From an uncultured Verrucomicrobiae bacterium (GTDB taxonomy: Bacteria; Verrucomicrobiota; Verrucomicrobiia; Opitutales; JABDGR01): DNA of 64,000 nt. The position numbers and the translations under genes are program-made. The number at the start of each line of letters is the position of its first letter. Position 1 is the first letter of the stretch. The DNA is taken from positions 128,001 through 192,000 of the forward strand of contig CAVXVB010000011.1 of assembly GCA_963765205.1 (NCBI GenBank), written 5' to 3'. This document shows positions 20,830-31,434 of this stretch, piece by piece. A model generated the notes under the pieces. That model saw only the letters and a program-made list of their open reading frames with translations, had not been told where the DNA came from and did not search any database.

Positions 20830-22806
20830 ATGAACAACCCCCTCGGCCTTTGGTTTCCGAAAACGGCCTTATGGCGTAGCGCTGTTGGCGCCTTGCTAAC
20901 CGTCAGCACCGCCTTGGCTCAAACCGCCCCACTGGCGGCCGCGCCCAGCACCCCGCTGGTGACCAGCATCGTGCCCGATGGCAAAGTTCACAAATTCGAG
21001 GCGCGCGACCACCAGTTTTTTATTGATGGCGACCCGACCATGATTATTGCCGGCGAAATGCACTTCGGGCGTGTGCAGCCGGAGGATTGGGACACGCGCA
21101 TCAAGCAGGCCAAAGCCATGGGCCTGAACACGATCAGCTTTTATCTCTTTTGGAACCAGGTCGAGGAAAAGGAGGGCCAGTTCACCTTCACCGGGATGAC
21201 GGACGTGCGCCGCGTGCTCAAACTTTGCCAGGACAACGGCATGTGGTGCATCCTGCGGCCCGGCCCGTATTGCTGCGCCGAGATTGAATACGGCGGCCTG
21301 CCCGCCTGGACGCTGAAATACCCCGGGGTGAAAATCCGCGCCGCCGACCCGAAATTCCTTGATTGGTGCAAGCGCTACATTAGCGAAGTTTACAAACAAG
21401 TCGCTGATTTTCAGGTCACCCACGGCGGCCCGTTGCTGATGGTGCAGTTGGACAATGAATACGGCGTGACCAGCCCCCCAAACAACGATTACCTCGTGGC
21501 CCTCGACAAGATATTCAAGGACGTGGGCTTCGACGTGCAGCTTTTTACCTGCAACCCGACGCAAGGAAAAGAATGGGCCGATCCGGGATTCCGCATCCCC
21601 GGCGTGATGGCGTGCCGTAATGGCCTGAACAGTGACCGCATGTATAACCAGAGCGCCGCCGCCATCGGCGACTACCCGGTCTTTGTCCCCGAGGTTTACC
21701 CGGCGTGGTTCCTCGGCTGGGGCGACGGCGTCACCAAGGAATACCATGACAAAGCCCAAATTCCCGCGATTGTGAATTGGACATCCTACCTGCTCGACCA
21801 CCACTATTCCTTTAATTATTACGTGTTCTTTGGCGGCACGAATTTCGGCTTCGACAACGGCGCCCTCTTTTTCGATTCGGTGCAAACCAGCTACGACTAC
21901 AGCGCGCCGATTGACGAGGCCGGCCGCACGACGCCGAAATACTACGCCCTGCGCGATTTGCTGACCCAGCGCCTGGGCCGGACCCCGCCCGCGCCGCCGC
22001 CGGAACCGGCGGTCATCACCATCCCCGCCATCAAGTTCACGGAAAACGAGCCGTTGCTCGCCACGCTGCCCGCCCGGCCCACGCTCACCGCCGAGCAGCC
22101 TGTTTCGATGGAAAATCTCAATCAGGCCTACGGCTTTGTGGATTACCGCAAGCAATTCCCCAACGGCGTCAAGGGCACGCTCGAACTCAAAGACGCGATG
22201 GACTACACCATCATCATGGTGAACGGCAAAACCGTCGGCAAAGCCTTTCGCGGCTACGGCCCGGATAGCAACAAGGTGGTGCTAAATGAGTCCGGCCCAG
22301 TGACGCTCGATCTGCTGGTTTATAATTTGGGTCGCATCAGCGTGGTTACGAGCGACCGCACCCAGCAATATGCGAGCAAAGGTCTGTTGGGCGGCGCCAC
22401 GCTCGACGGCCAGAGTCTCATGGGCTGGGCCATGTATTCGCTACCCTATGCGACAGGACCGGATCAGTTCACCGCCTCCGCCACGCCGTCGTCCGGCCCC
22501 GCCTTTTACCATGCTACGTTTACCCTCGAAGAAGTCGGCGGTACGTTTTTGGATTTGCGCAATTGGAGCTTTGGCGTGGTCTGGGTCAATGGCCACAACC
22601 TCGGCCGGTTTTCGGACCGCGGGCCGGTGCGCTCGCTGTTCGTGCCGCAATATTGGCTGAAGCAGGGGCAGAACGACATCGTCGTTCTCGAACTGCACGA
22701 CTCCCCGCAAAATCCAACCATCACCGGCGGGACCGCTTTGATTCAGGAGGTGGCGGCCAAGCCGTTTGCGGTGAAACTCAGCGCTGACCCGACCGCCGCG
22801 AAGTGA
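20830..22806 (+). CDS. Secreted GH35 beta-galactosidase
   Basis: Signal peptide, GEMHFGRV, LRPGPYCCAE, QLDNEYG, GGTNFG, TSYDYSAP and WVNGHNLGR. Confidence 0.92.
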   Translation: MNNPLGLWFPKTALWRSAVGALLTVSTALAQTAPLAAAPSTPLVTSIVPDGKVHKFEARDHQFFIDGDPTMIIAGEMHFGRVQPEDWDTRIKQAKAMGLNTISFYLFWNQVEEKEGQFTFTGMTDVRRVLKLCQDNGMWCILRPGPYCCAEIEYGGLPAWTLKYPGVKIRAADPKFLDWCKRYISEVYKQVADFQVTHGGPLLMVQLDNEYGVTSPPNNDYLVALDKIFKDVGFDVQLFTCNPTQGKEWADPGFRIPGVMACRNGLNSDRMYNQSAAAIGDYPVFVPEVYPAWFLGWGDGVTKEYHDKAQIPAIVNWTSYLLDHHYSFNYYVFFGGTNFGFDNGALFFDSVQTSYDYSAPIDEAGRTTPKYYALRDLLTQRLGRTPPAPPPEPAVITIPAIKFTENEPLLATLPARPTLTAEQPVSMENLNQAYGFVDYRKQFPNGVKGTLELKDAMDYTIIMVNGKTVGKAFRGYGPDSNKVVLNESGPVTLDLLVYNLGRISVVTSDRTQQYASKGLLGGATLDGQSLMGWAMYSLPYATGPDQFTASATPSSGPAFYHATFTLEEVGGTFLDLRNWSFGVVWVNGHNLGRFSDRGPVRSLFVPQYWLKQGQNDIVVLELHDSPQNPTITGGTALIQEVAAKPFAVKLSADPTAAK

Positions 22807-22839
22807 GCCTACGCCGCCTGCTTTTGCCCTCCCGCGCCC

Positions 22840-24009
22840 ATGCGTATCACCGCCATCCGCGAAAAGACGGCTCGCATCGCCTCGCCGATGGCGAACGCCT
22901 ACATTGATTTCTCGAAAATGACGTGTTCGGTCGTCGCGGTCATCACCGACGTGGTGCGCGACGGGCGGCCCGTAGTGGGGTATGGCTTCAACTCGAACGG
23001 CCGCTACGGCCAAGGCGCGCTGATGTGCGAACGCTTCATCCCGCGCATTTTGGAGGCCGATCCCGCATCCTTGATTGACGAAGCGCACGACAACCTCGAC
23101 CCGCACAAAATCTGGGCGCGGATGATGATTAATGAAAAGCCCGGCGGCCACGGCGAACGTTCCGTCGCCGTGGGCACGCTGGACATGGCGGTGTGGGATG
23201 CCGTGGCGAAAATTGCCGGGCAGCCGCTGTTCCGCCTGCTAGCGGAGCGTTACGGCCAGGGCGCGGCTGCCGACCCGAGGGTTTTTGTGTACGCCGCCGG
23301 CGGCTATTATTATCCGGGCAAGGACCTCGCCGGCCTGCGCGCGGAGATGCGCGGCTATCTTGACCGCGGCTACAACGTGGTGAAAATGAAAATCGGCGGC
23401 GCACCGCTGGAGGACGACCGCCGGCGCCTCGAGGCCGTGCTCGCCGAACTCGCCCCCGGCCAAAAACTCGCCGTGGACGCCAACGGGCGCTTCGGTTTAC
23501 CCACGGCGATAAAATATGGCGAGATGCTTTTGCCTTACGATTTGTTCTGGTATGAGGAAGCGGGCGACCCGCTCGATTACGCGCTCCAAGCCGAACTGGC
23601 GCGGCACTATGCGAAGCCGCTGGCGACGGGCGAAAACCTTTTTTCCATGGCCGACGCGCGCAACCTCATCCGCTATGGCGGCATGCGGCCCGACCGCGAC
23701 TGGCTGCAATTCGACTGCGCGCTGAGCTACGGGCTGGTCGAATATCTGCGCACGCTGCAAATGCTGCACGAGCATGGCTGGTCGCCACGACGCTGCATTC
23801 CGCACGGCGGGCACCAGATGTCGCTGAACATCGCGGCGGGCCTCGGCCTCGGCGGCAACGAAAACTACCCCGACCTGTTCCAGCCCTACGGCGGGTTTCC
23901 TGATGGAGTCGAGGTCGTCAACGGCCACGTCACGCTGCCCGAATTGCCCGGTCTCGGCTTCGAGGGCAAAGCTGCGCTCTACCGGGAACTGAAGGTGCTG
24001 AGCGATTGA
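22840..24009 (+). CDS. tarD: D(-)-tartrate dehydratase (mandelate racemase/enolase superfamily)
   Basis: NAYIDFSKMT, GYGFNSNGRYGQG, NEKPGGHGERS, KMKIGG and IPHGGHQ closely match the characterised Bradyrhizobium TarD as recalled. Confidence 0.88.
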   Translation: MRITAIREKTARIASPMANAYIDFSKMTCSVVAVITDVVRDGRPVVGYGFNSNGRYGQGALMCERFIPRILEADPASLIDEAHDNLDPHKIWARMMINEKPGGHGERSVAVGTLDMAVWDAVAKIAGQPLFRLLAERYGQGAAADPRVFVYAAGGYYYPGKDLAGLRAEMRGYLDRGYNVVKMKIGGAPLEDDRRRLEAVLAELAPGQKLAVDANGRFGLPTAIKYGEMLLPYDLFWYEEAGDPLDYALQAELARHYAKPLATGENLFSMADARNLIRYGGMRPDRDWLQFDCALSYGLVEYLRTLQMLHEHGWSPRRCIPHGGHQMSLNIAAGLGLGGNENYPDLFQPYGGFPDGVEVVNGHVTLPELPGLGFEGKAALYRELKVLSD

Positions 24010-24030
24010 TTGCCGCCCGGGCGGCCCGCC

Positions 24031-25281
24031 ATGACTACGCCAAAACCAGCTGTGCGCGGCGGCCTTTTCCGGCATCTTTATGCGCAGGTGCTGGCGGCCG
24101 TGGTCTTTGGCGTGTGCATCGGGCATTTTTATCCGGCCTATGGCGTGGCCTTGCAGCCGCTGGGCAGCGGTTTTATCCAGGTTGTGCGGTGGTTGCTGCC
24201 GCCGGTGGTTTTTTGCACGATTGTGACCGGCATTGCGCGGATGGAAAATCTGCCGCAGGCGGGGCGCATCGGGCTGAAGGCGCTGGTCTATTTCGAGGTT
24301 GTTTCGACGCTCGCGCTCGTCATCGGACTGGTGGTGGTCAACGTGCTGCGGCCGGGCGCGGGCATGAATGTGAACCTGGAAAAATTGGGCGCGCAATTGC
24401 CCGCGGCGTATGCTGTCCACGCTTCGCCCACGGCGGGCACGGGCGCGGCCCTGGCGCGCAGCCCGATGCTGCAAGTCATTGCCGCGGCGGTTTTAGTCGG
24501 TGTTGTCTTGTCGCTTTTGCGAGCGCGGGGTCGGGGGCTGTTCCGGCTGGTGGACGCCGCGGCGCACGCGCTTTTTTTCGCGGTCCGGTTGGTCATGCGT
24601 TTGGCACCGTTGGGCGCATTGGGCGGGGTGGCGTTCACAGTGGGCGAGTATGGGTTGGGCAGTTTAGGCCCGCTCGCACGACTGATGCTGGCCTTGTATA
24701 TTACCTGCCTCTTGTTTGTGTTCGGCGTACTCGGTTTTGTTATGCGGCTGTGCGGGGTGGGCCTCGGGAAGCTGTTGCGTTATATCCGCGCGGAAATCCT
24801 CATCGTTTTTGCGACGGTGAGCACCGAGGCCGTGCTGCCGCAGTTGATGGTCAAGTTTGAAGACCTTGGCTGCGCAAAACCGGTGGTCGGCCTGGTGCTG
24901 CCGGCGGGCTACACGTTTAACCCCGACGGCACGGCGATTTATTTGACGATGGCCGCCGTGTTCATCGCCCAGGCCACCAACACGCCGTTGACGCTGGGCG
25001 ACCAGCTCCTGGTGCTCGGGGTGGCGCTGCTGACCTCGAAAGGCACGGCGGGCGTGGCGGGCGCGGGCTTCATCGCACTGGCGGCAACGCTTGCTTCGCT
25101 CGGCAAAATCCCGGTGGCGGGGCTGGTGCTGCTGCTTGGGGTGGATCGTTTCATGAATGAGGCGCGCGCCGTTACGAATCTGATCGGCAACAGTGTGGCC
25201 ACCATTGCGGTGGCGGTTTGGGAAAAATCCTTCGACCGCGCGCGCGCCGAAAAAATACTCAATCGCACAGCCGATGATTAA
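24031..25281 (+). CDS. dctA: DAACS-family C4-dicarboxylate transporter
   Basis: LYAQVL, FCTIVTGIA, YFEVVSTLAL, GYTFNPDGT, LTSKG and GVDRFMNEARAVTN. Confidence 0.88.
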   Translation: MTTPKPAVRGGLFRHLYAQVLAAVVFGVCIGHFYPAYGVALQPLGSGFIQVVRWLLPPVVFCTIVTGIARMENLPQAGRIGLKALVYFEVVSTLALVIGLVVVNVLRPGAGMNVNLEKLGAQLPAAYAVHASPTAGTGAALARSPMLQVIAAAVLVGVVLSLLRARGRGLFRLVDAAAHALFFAVRLVMRLAPLGALGGVAFTVGEYGLGSLGPLARLMLALYITCLLFVFGVLGFVMRLCGVGLGKLLRYIRAEILIVFATVSTEAVLPQLMVKFEDLGCAKPVVGLVLPAGYTFNPDGTAIYLTMAAVFIAQATNTPLTLGDQLLVLGVALLTSKGTAGVAGAGFIALAATLASLGKIPVAGLVLLLGVDRFMNEARAVTNLIGNSVATIAVAVWEKSFDRARAEKILNRTADD

Positions 25282-25284
25282 CGG

Positions 25285-25914
25285 TTATTGGGCTGGGGCG
25301 GGGGCATTCACCGGGTGATCTGTCTCGCCTCCAGGAAGGCTCCCTGGCATGCCGGGGGCATTCACCGGGTAGCTGTCCGAAATTTTTGCCCCTTCGGTGA
25401 TCCACTGCTTGATCATGGCGATGTCGTCCGCCGTGGGCTGATCCTCGGTGGCGGGCGGCATATGGTTGCGGCCAGTGCTGGAGATATTGGTGTAAAGGAT
25501 GCTGTTGGCCGGATCGCCAGGAGTCACCCGCATCAGGATGCCGGTCTTGGTGTCATAACGGGTTCGCCCGGACTGGCGCCGCGGGCCGTGGCACTGGAAG
25601 CAGTAGGTGGCAAAGAAAGGCTGCACCTGTTTGTCAAAATCAACGGGCGCTGGTTGTCCATTGGCTTGTATCGTAATCGGGGCGGGATCGCTCGTGGCGG
25701 GGTTGGCCGGCATCCCGGCGGAAATGGGCGGGAGGCTGGCCGCCAGCGTTGGGTTCGCCGTCAGTGGCGCTGACGGGAGCGGCGCCATCGGTGCAGCCGC
25801 GGTAGTCGAGGTGGCACGGGCCGCTGGAGAGGGACCGGAATTCGTGGCGCACGCGGCAAGGGTGAGGGCCAGCGTTCCGGCGAAAAGCGAAGAACCAAGT
25901 GAATAGGCTTTCAT
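25285..25914 (-). CDS. Lipoprotein with planctomycete-type cytochrome c domain
   Basis: Lipobox LAAC, Pro/Ala linker, VDFDKQVQPFFATYCFQCHG, HMPP and IKQWITEGA. Confidence 0.85.
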   Translation of the reverse strand: MKAYSLGSSLFAGTLALTLAACATNSGPSPAARATSTTAAAPMAPLPSAPLTANPTLAASLPPISAGMPANPATSDPAPITIQANGQPAPVDFDKQVQPFFATYCFQCHGPRRQSGRTRYDTKTGILMRVTPGDPANSILYTNISSTGRNHMPPATEDQPTADDIAMIKQWITEGAKISDSYPVNAPGMPGSLPGGETDHPVNAPAPAQ

Positions 25915-26080
25915 GGGTGAGGAAAATTAAGGGCAGGCTAACTAACGATACATTATCCAATGATTACGGATTGAACAGTCAATTATTGGATGGCCCAAAA
26001 ACGTGTCTTTGGCCCGGCGAAAAATAGCTCAACTCCGCGCTTTGCTCGCGCCCGACAACTCTATTATATTGCCGACGCTC

Positions 26081-27505
26081 ATGGAATCCATCGCCAATGT
26101 TCTGGCCTCGCGCTACGCCTCCGGGGCCATGCGCGCCATCTGGTCGCCGCGCGGCCGCATTTTGCTCGAACGCGAATTCTGGATTGCGGTGCTCAAGGCC
26201 CAGCGCGACCTTGGCCTGCCCATTCCGCCGGAAGCCATCGCCGCCTACGAGCGCGTCAAAGAACAGATTGACCTCGACTCCATCCGCCGGCGCGAGCGCA
26301 CCCTGCGCCACGACGTGAAAGCGCGCATTGACGAATTCTGCGCCCTCGCCGGCTTCGAGCACATCCACAAAGGGCTGACCTCGCGTGACCTGACGGAGAG
26401 CGTCGAGGCGCTGCAAATTTACCGGGGGCTGGAACTGGCGCGGCTGAAGGCCGTGGCCGCGCTCGTCGCCCTGAGCCGCCGGGCCGGCGAAAACAAAAAC
26501 GTGGTGCTGGCCGCGCGCACACACAACGCCGCGGCGCAATTGACCACGGTGGGCAAGCGCCTGGCGATGTTTGGCGAAGAGCTGCTGCTCGCGCTTGAGG
26601 CCCTGGACCAGTTGATCGAGCGTTTTCCCGTGCGCGGCTTGAAAGGCGCAGTCGGGACCCAGCTCGACCAGTTGACGCTGTTTCGCGGTGACATGGGCAA
26701 AGTCATTGAACTCGAGGTGCGCGTGCTGACCCACCTGGGCATCCGGCGCACGCTGATGGCGCCCGGCCAGGTTTACCCGCGCAGCCTCGATTTCGCCGTC
26801 ATCAGCGCGCTTTACCAACTCGGCGCCGGCCCGGCGAGTTTTGCCAAGACGCTGCGCTTGATGGCCGGCAGCGAATTGGCGGGCGAAGGCTTTGCGCCCG
26901 GGCAGGTCGGTTCCTCGGCCATGCCCCACAAAATGAACGCGCGCAGTTGCGAGCGGCTCAACGGCCTGCACGTGGTGCTGCGCGGCTACGTGACGATGGC
27001 CGAAGGGCTGGCGGGCGACCAATGGAACGAAGGCGACGTGTCGTGCTCGGTCGTGCGGCGCGTCATGCTGCCCGATGCTTTTTTCGCCCTCGATGGCTTG
27101 TTGGAAACGATGCTGACCATCCTCGCGCACATGGAAATCAACGCCACAGTGATTGAGCGCGAAGTGCGCCGCTACCTGCCGTTCCTGGCCACCACCACGA
27201 TTTTGATGGAAGCCGTCAAGACCGGCGTGGGCCGCGAGACGGCGCACGAAATCATCAAGGAACACGCGGTTGCCGCCGGGCGCAGCCTGCGTGCGGGCAA
27301 GACCCTCGAAAACGACCTCTTTCAGCGCCTGGCCGCCGACCCGCGGCTGGGGCTGGATGCCACGACGCTCGAACGCATCGCGCGCGACACCCGCATCCAT
27401 CCCGGCGCGGCGGCCGCACAGGTGGACTGGCTCCTGCGCACGGTGCTGCCTTGGTGCGAACGCTTCCCCGCCGCCGCCGATTTGAAGCCCGAGCCGATTT
27501 TGTGA
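26081..27505 (+). CDS. purB: Adenylosuccinate lyase
   Basis: NVLASRYAS, RHDVKA, HKGLTSRD, GSSAMPHKMN and WNEGDVSCS. Confidence 0.95.
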   Translation: MESIANVLASRYASGAMRAIWSPRGRILLEREFWIAVLKAQRDLGLPIPPEAIAAYERVKEQIDLDSIRRRERTLRHDVKARIDEFCALAGFEHIHKGLTSRDLTESVEALQIYRGLELARLKAVAALVALSRRAGENKNVVLAARTHNAAAQLTTVGKRLAMFGEELLLALEALDQLIERFPVRGLKGAVGTQLDQLTLFRGDMGKVIELEVRVLTHLGIRRTLMAPGQVYPRSLDFAVISALYQLGAGPASFAKTLRLMAGSELAGEGFAPGQVGSSAMPHKMNARSCERLNGLHVVLRGYVTMAEGLAGDQWNEGDVSCSVVRRVMLPDAFFALDGLLETMLTILAHMEINATVIEREVRRYLPFLATTTILMEAVKTGVGRETAHEIIKEHAVAAGRSLRAGKTLENDLFQRLAADPRLGLDATTLERIARDTRIHPGAAAAQVDWLLRTVLPWCERFPAAADLKPEPIL

Positions 27506-27509
27506 AACA

Positions 27510-27649
27510 CAAGGGGCAGAGGGGCAGAGGGACAGAGGGACAAAGGGACAAAGGCAATGGAAGAAATATGCCGCACACCGGGTTAATTATTCGCAAAAAT
27601 TCCTCATTCCTTTGTCCCTCTGTGCCTTTGTCCCTTTGCCCCTCCGCTT
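27510..27649. repeat. Intergenic palindrome of octamers (CARAGGGR)n
   Basis: Arms at 27510-27556 and 27608-27649. The 21-bp TGTCCCTTTGCCCCTCCGCTT (27629-27649) is identical to 13105-13125. Confidence 0.88.
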
Positions 27650-27709
27650 TTAGGTTGCCAAGCTCCCGGCGGGTCTCCACATTTGACCTTTCACCCTATT
27701 TACCGACCC

Positions 27710-28969
27710 ATGGCCGAAGAACTCACTGGAAACCTCCTTGTCGCCCAACACGGCAGCCTGACGGCTGCCCTCAACGCCAGCGTGGCGGGCGTTGTTACCG
27801 AAGCGCTCAACCACGGCGAAATCGAGGAAATCTATGGCGCCCTGCGGGGCGTGCAGGGTCTGCTCCAGGAGGAGATTATAGATTTGGCTGAAGAGTCGCA
27901 GCAGACCATTCGCGGCCTGCGCCACACCCCCGGCGCGGCGCTGGGCACCACCCGCTACCAAGTGACTAAGGAACAGGATATCGAGCGCCTGGTGCAGGTC
28001 TGCGAAGCCCACAATGTGCGATATTTTCTGAATGTCGGCGATCTGGAGGCGATGGCGGTCGCCGCCAAGGTGCATGACATGGCGGTCGCCAGAGGCTATG
28101 CCTTGCGGGTCATCGGCATTCCCAAATCCTTTGCCAATACCCTCGGGGTGACGGACCATTGCCCCGGCTATGGCAGCGCAGCCAAGTTTGTCGCCACTGT
28201 GGTGCGCGAATTGACGATCGAGCACGAGAGCGCCAGCAACCACGATTTTGTTTCCATCCTCGAAGTCGGCGGGCGCAACTCCGGCTGGATTGCCGCGAGC
28301 GCGGCGCTCGCCAAACGCAAGAACCAACTCGACGATCCACCGCATCTGCTCGTGCTGCCGGAGGTGCCCTTCAATCCCGAGCGCTTCACTGAAGCCGTCC
28401 AGGCCACGCTCAAGCGCCAGCGCTTCTGCCTCGTGGTCGTTGGCGAAGGCATTGTGGACACGAACGGCAATTATGTCGGCGCGGGCAACGCCAAGGACGC
28501 CTATGGGCAACCCACCTTCGGCCACGCGGGCGAGTATTTGCGCTTGTTGCTGGAACAGCAACTCGGCGTGCGCGCGCGGGCGGCCAAGCTCGGCCTCCTC
28601 CAGCGCGTGGCGGCCCACTGCGGCTCGCAGACGGACAACGACGAAGCCTACGCCTGCGGCCAGGCGGCCGTGCGCGCGGCGGTCAACGGCGAATCCGGCA
28701 AGATGGTCATCCTCCTGCGCGGCGACGGCGACCATTACACCTGCGAAACTGGTTTGGCGAATTTCGCGGATGTCACCACTGGCCCGAAGCCCTTCCCGCC
28801 GACTTGGATCAACGACGACGGCCTGAGCCTGAACTTCCAATATACCAAGTATGCGCAGCCGCTCATCCAAGGCGAAGTGAAGACGCCCTTCGAGAACGGC
28901 GTGCCCAAGTTCGTCTCCCTGATCCGCTCGCAAGTGGCGCGCCGACTCGAGAGCTATGTCCTCGAGTAA
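27710..28969 (+). CDS. 6-phosphofructokinase-fold protein (PfkA/PPi-PFK family) with degenerate active-site motifs
   Basis: Fold landmarks TPGAALGTTRY, VIGIPK, TDHCPGYGSAAKF, LPEVPF and VVVGEG are present; catalytic motifs are altered (see findings). Confidence 0.88.
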   Translation: MAEELTGNLLVAQHGSLTAALNASVAGVVTEALNHGEIEEIYGALRGVQGLLQEEIIDLAEESQQTIRGLRHTPGAALGTTRYQVTKEQDIERLVQVCEAHNVRYFLNVGDLEAMAVAAKVHDMAVARGYALRVIGIPKSFANTLGVTDHCPGYGSAAKFVATVVRELTIEHESASNHDFVSILEVGGRNSGWIAASAALAKRKNQLDDPPHLLVLPEVPFNPERFTEAVQATLKRQRFCLVVVGEGIVDTNGNYVGAGNAKDAYGQPTFGHAGEYLRLLLEQQLGVRARAAKLGLLQRVAAHCGSQTDNDEAYACGQAAVRAAVNGESGKMVILLRGDGDHYTCETGLANFADVTTGPKPFPPTWINDDGLSLNFQYTKYAQPLIQGEVKTPFENGVPKFVSLIRSQVARRLESYVLE

Positions 28970-29029
28970 ATTTCTCCTCGCGAATTTCACGGGATGAAAA
29001 AATCTGTGGTATCCGGGGGGCGGAGGAGG

Positions 29030-30251
29030 TTAGGGGTGGGCGGTGGAGTTTATGCCCGGCCCGATCAAATCGCGCAACGTGACGGCGGCATGAAACTCCC
29101 GGCCGTCGCGCTCAAGGGTCAAATCGTATTGAGTGCCGGCGGGTTTCTGCCAGAAATAGACAGTGGCAGGACTGGCTCCGCGCGCGCGCCAGCCCGTGAC
29201 GTTTTGATCCCCAATGCGCCGCAGCACGTCGCCGTCCCGGATGCCGGCTTCATACGCTGGTGTGCCGGGCAGCACATGCGCGATCAGCGGGTTGCTGTTC
29301 AAGTCCTTGGGCAGGAAAACGGCGCCGAGACGGTTGTGGTTGTAGGCTTGCGCGGGGGAGGGATCGGGGCGCGCGTAGATGACGCCCCAGCGGCCATCCA
29401 CGATCAAGTTCAACCGGCTCAGGCCATACAGGCCGACAGTGGCGGCAAAGGCTTCATCGCGCATGACCATTTTTTCCTCGGAAATGCTGCCGCTGATGGG
29501 AACGTTGGTGAGTTTCAACGGACCGAGGTCGAATTCATCCGCCCAGCAGACCTCCCTGATATCGAGGCCCTCGCTCGGTGAATAATAACCGACCACGGTG
29601 GCGGGTGCCTGCGGGTGCGCTGCGCGCCAGGCACGCCATTGCGCGGGCGCCAGGGTCACGCCGCCCTGGTCGCCCGTGTCCACCAGGACGTCCTCGATCG
29701 CGGCCGCCGGTGTCTTTGATGGTAAAACCCAAAACCGCATTTCCCTTCGCAATCGGGAGTGCGTTCCATGAATTCATGTCCGCAGGCAGTGCGGAGATGA
29801 ACTCGACCCGCTGTTGATTCACCGCGAAGGAAAGCAGGCTGTCGCGCAGCCATTGCCAGGCCAGCAAGCCGTCCTCATCGGGCGTCACACCGGCGGGAAC
29901 ATCGAGAACGAGGAACTGACCTTGGAAATCGGCCCCGAGCAGTTGAATACGGCAAGGCTCGGTCAGGCCGCCTGTAACGGTGCCCGGAGGGGCTTTTTCC
30001 GCAGGAGGCGGCTCGGACACCTGGAGACCTAGCCCTTGCGCGACCGGGCGAAAGAGCACGCTGGTCTCCGAGCCGGTATCGAACACCAGGTCCACCGGAT
30101 GCCCGTTCACTTGGGCGGTCACGCGCAGGCGGTTTTCAGCAACCTGCAAATTGTTGCCCGTGACGACGAAGTGCGGGCTGGTCTGGCAACCACCGAGGGC
30201 GAAGGCCAGAACGGGCCCCAGCAAGATCCGGCACACGGTGGAACGGGTCAT
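29030..30251 (-). CDS. Lipoprotein with two retropepsin-like aspartyl protease domains and a PDZ domain; frameshift at ~29703
   Basis: Lipobox LGGC, LVFDTGSE and VLVDTGDQ motifs, then PGTPAYEAGIRDGDVL (PDZ). Confidence 0.82.
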
Positions 30252-30282
30252 TCTGGCACTGAAAGGATTATTACCCCGGTCT

Positions 30283-31290
30283 TCAAGCCAGGATGCTGAT
30301 TTTTCCTGACGGAGTTTTGCTGAAGGCGTGGACTTGTTTTTGGTCCGGGTCAAAATGGCGGACGATGATGCGCTGCTGGTTCATTTGCAGGTGCGTGAAG
30401 CCATAGACTTTGGCGGAGTAGGGGCCGCGCTCCGGGTGTTGAATGTCATAGAGGTCGGCGCCGCCCGCGCCGGAGCCAACGAACGAGGTTGGATGGTTGG
30501 CGAATTCCAAGTGCTGCAAATCATGGTCATGGCCGAAGAAGTAAAACTGCACCTGGTGTTTTTTGAAGATCGGCTCCCAGTCGGCGATGAGCTCGGCGTC
30601 GTCGCCGTGGTGGCCGTTGCTGTAGAGGGGGTGGTGGCCCATGACGATGAGGTAGGGCGTGGTGCGCGGCTTTTTCAACTCGGCCACCAGCCATTTTAGT
30701 TGCGTGGCTTTTTCCTCCGCCGTGAGGGAGGCGACGGAGTTGTGGTAATCGCTGTCGAGCATCAGTAGCGTGGCGAGGGGCTTTTTCTCGGGCAAGTCGA
30801 GGCGATACCATTTTGCGGGCAGGGTCCAGCGGGTGCCCGGCTGGGCTTTGGCGTAGGCCAGCTCGGCCTTCAATTTGTCCACCGGTTAATCGTCGTAATC
30901 ATGGTTGCCGAGGATGGCCCAGCACGGGCCGGGAAACGCGGCGGCGGGATAAATGTTTTCAAAGTCGTTTTGCCAACGCGGGCAGCCGGTCCCGCCTTTG
31001 AACGGGCCGTAAAAATTGTCCCCGAGCAGAAAAAGGCCATCGGGTTTGAGCTTCTGGGCGGCGGCATAGCCCTGCATCCCTTTGGCAACCGCCAGCTGGT
31101 TGACCCGGGTCTTGTCGTAGCCCCAGTCGCCAATCATCAGGTAATGGAGATCATCGGCGGCCAAGTCCGCAGGCGCGGGTGGGGCGTCCGCGCCCAGCCC
31201 GCGCGCCCGCGTGCCGGCGGCCAAGGCCGCGCTATAAAAAAACGATTGCTTGAGGAAACGGCGACGGGTGATGGGCGCGGAAAGGCTCAT
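30283..31290 (-). pseudogene. Tat-exported metallophosphoesterase (purple acid phosphatase/ACP5-like) with in-frame TAA at 30886-30888
   Basis: TRRRFLK Tat motif, GDWG, LGDNFY, GNHDY, GHHP and GHDHD. The two ORF-track pieces are in the same frame, separated by TAA-CCG. Confidence 0.8.
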
Positions 31291-31434
31291 GGGGCAAAAG
31301 GAATAAGACCCTACTTTAAGCGCGTCTCGCCGGAAAGAAAAATCGAATCTGCGGTCGTTGCGGAAATGTCACCTGGGGTGCGGTTCCGCTTGCCTGGCCA
31401 ATTCAGCTTTGGCGGTGGGTGGTCTTCTCTATTA

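Noticed and set aside
25299..25370. 18-bp direct repeat CGGGGGCATTCACCGGGT as an att site or target duplication
   Set aside because: It lies in frame (PVNAP twice) in a disordered protein tail with nothing mobile between the copies.
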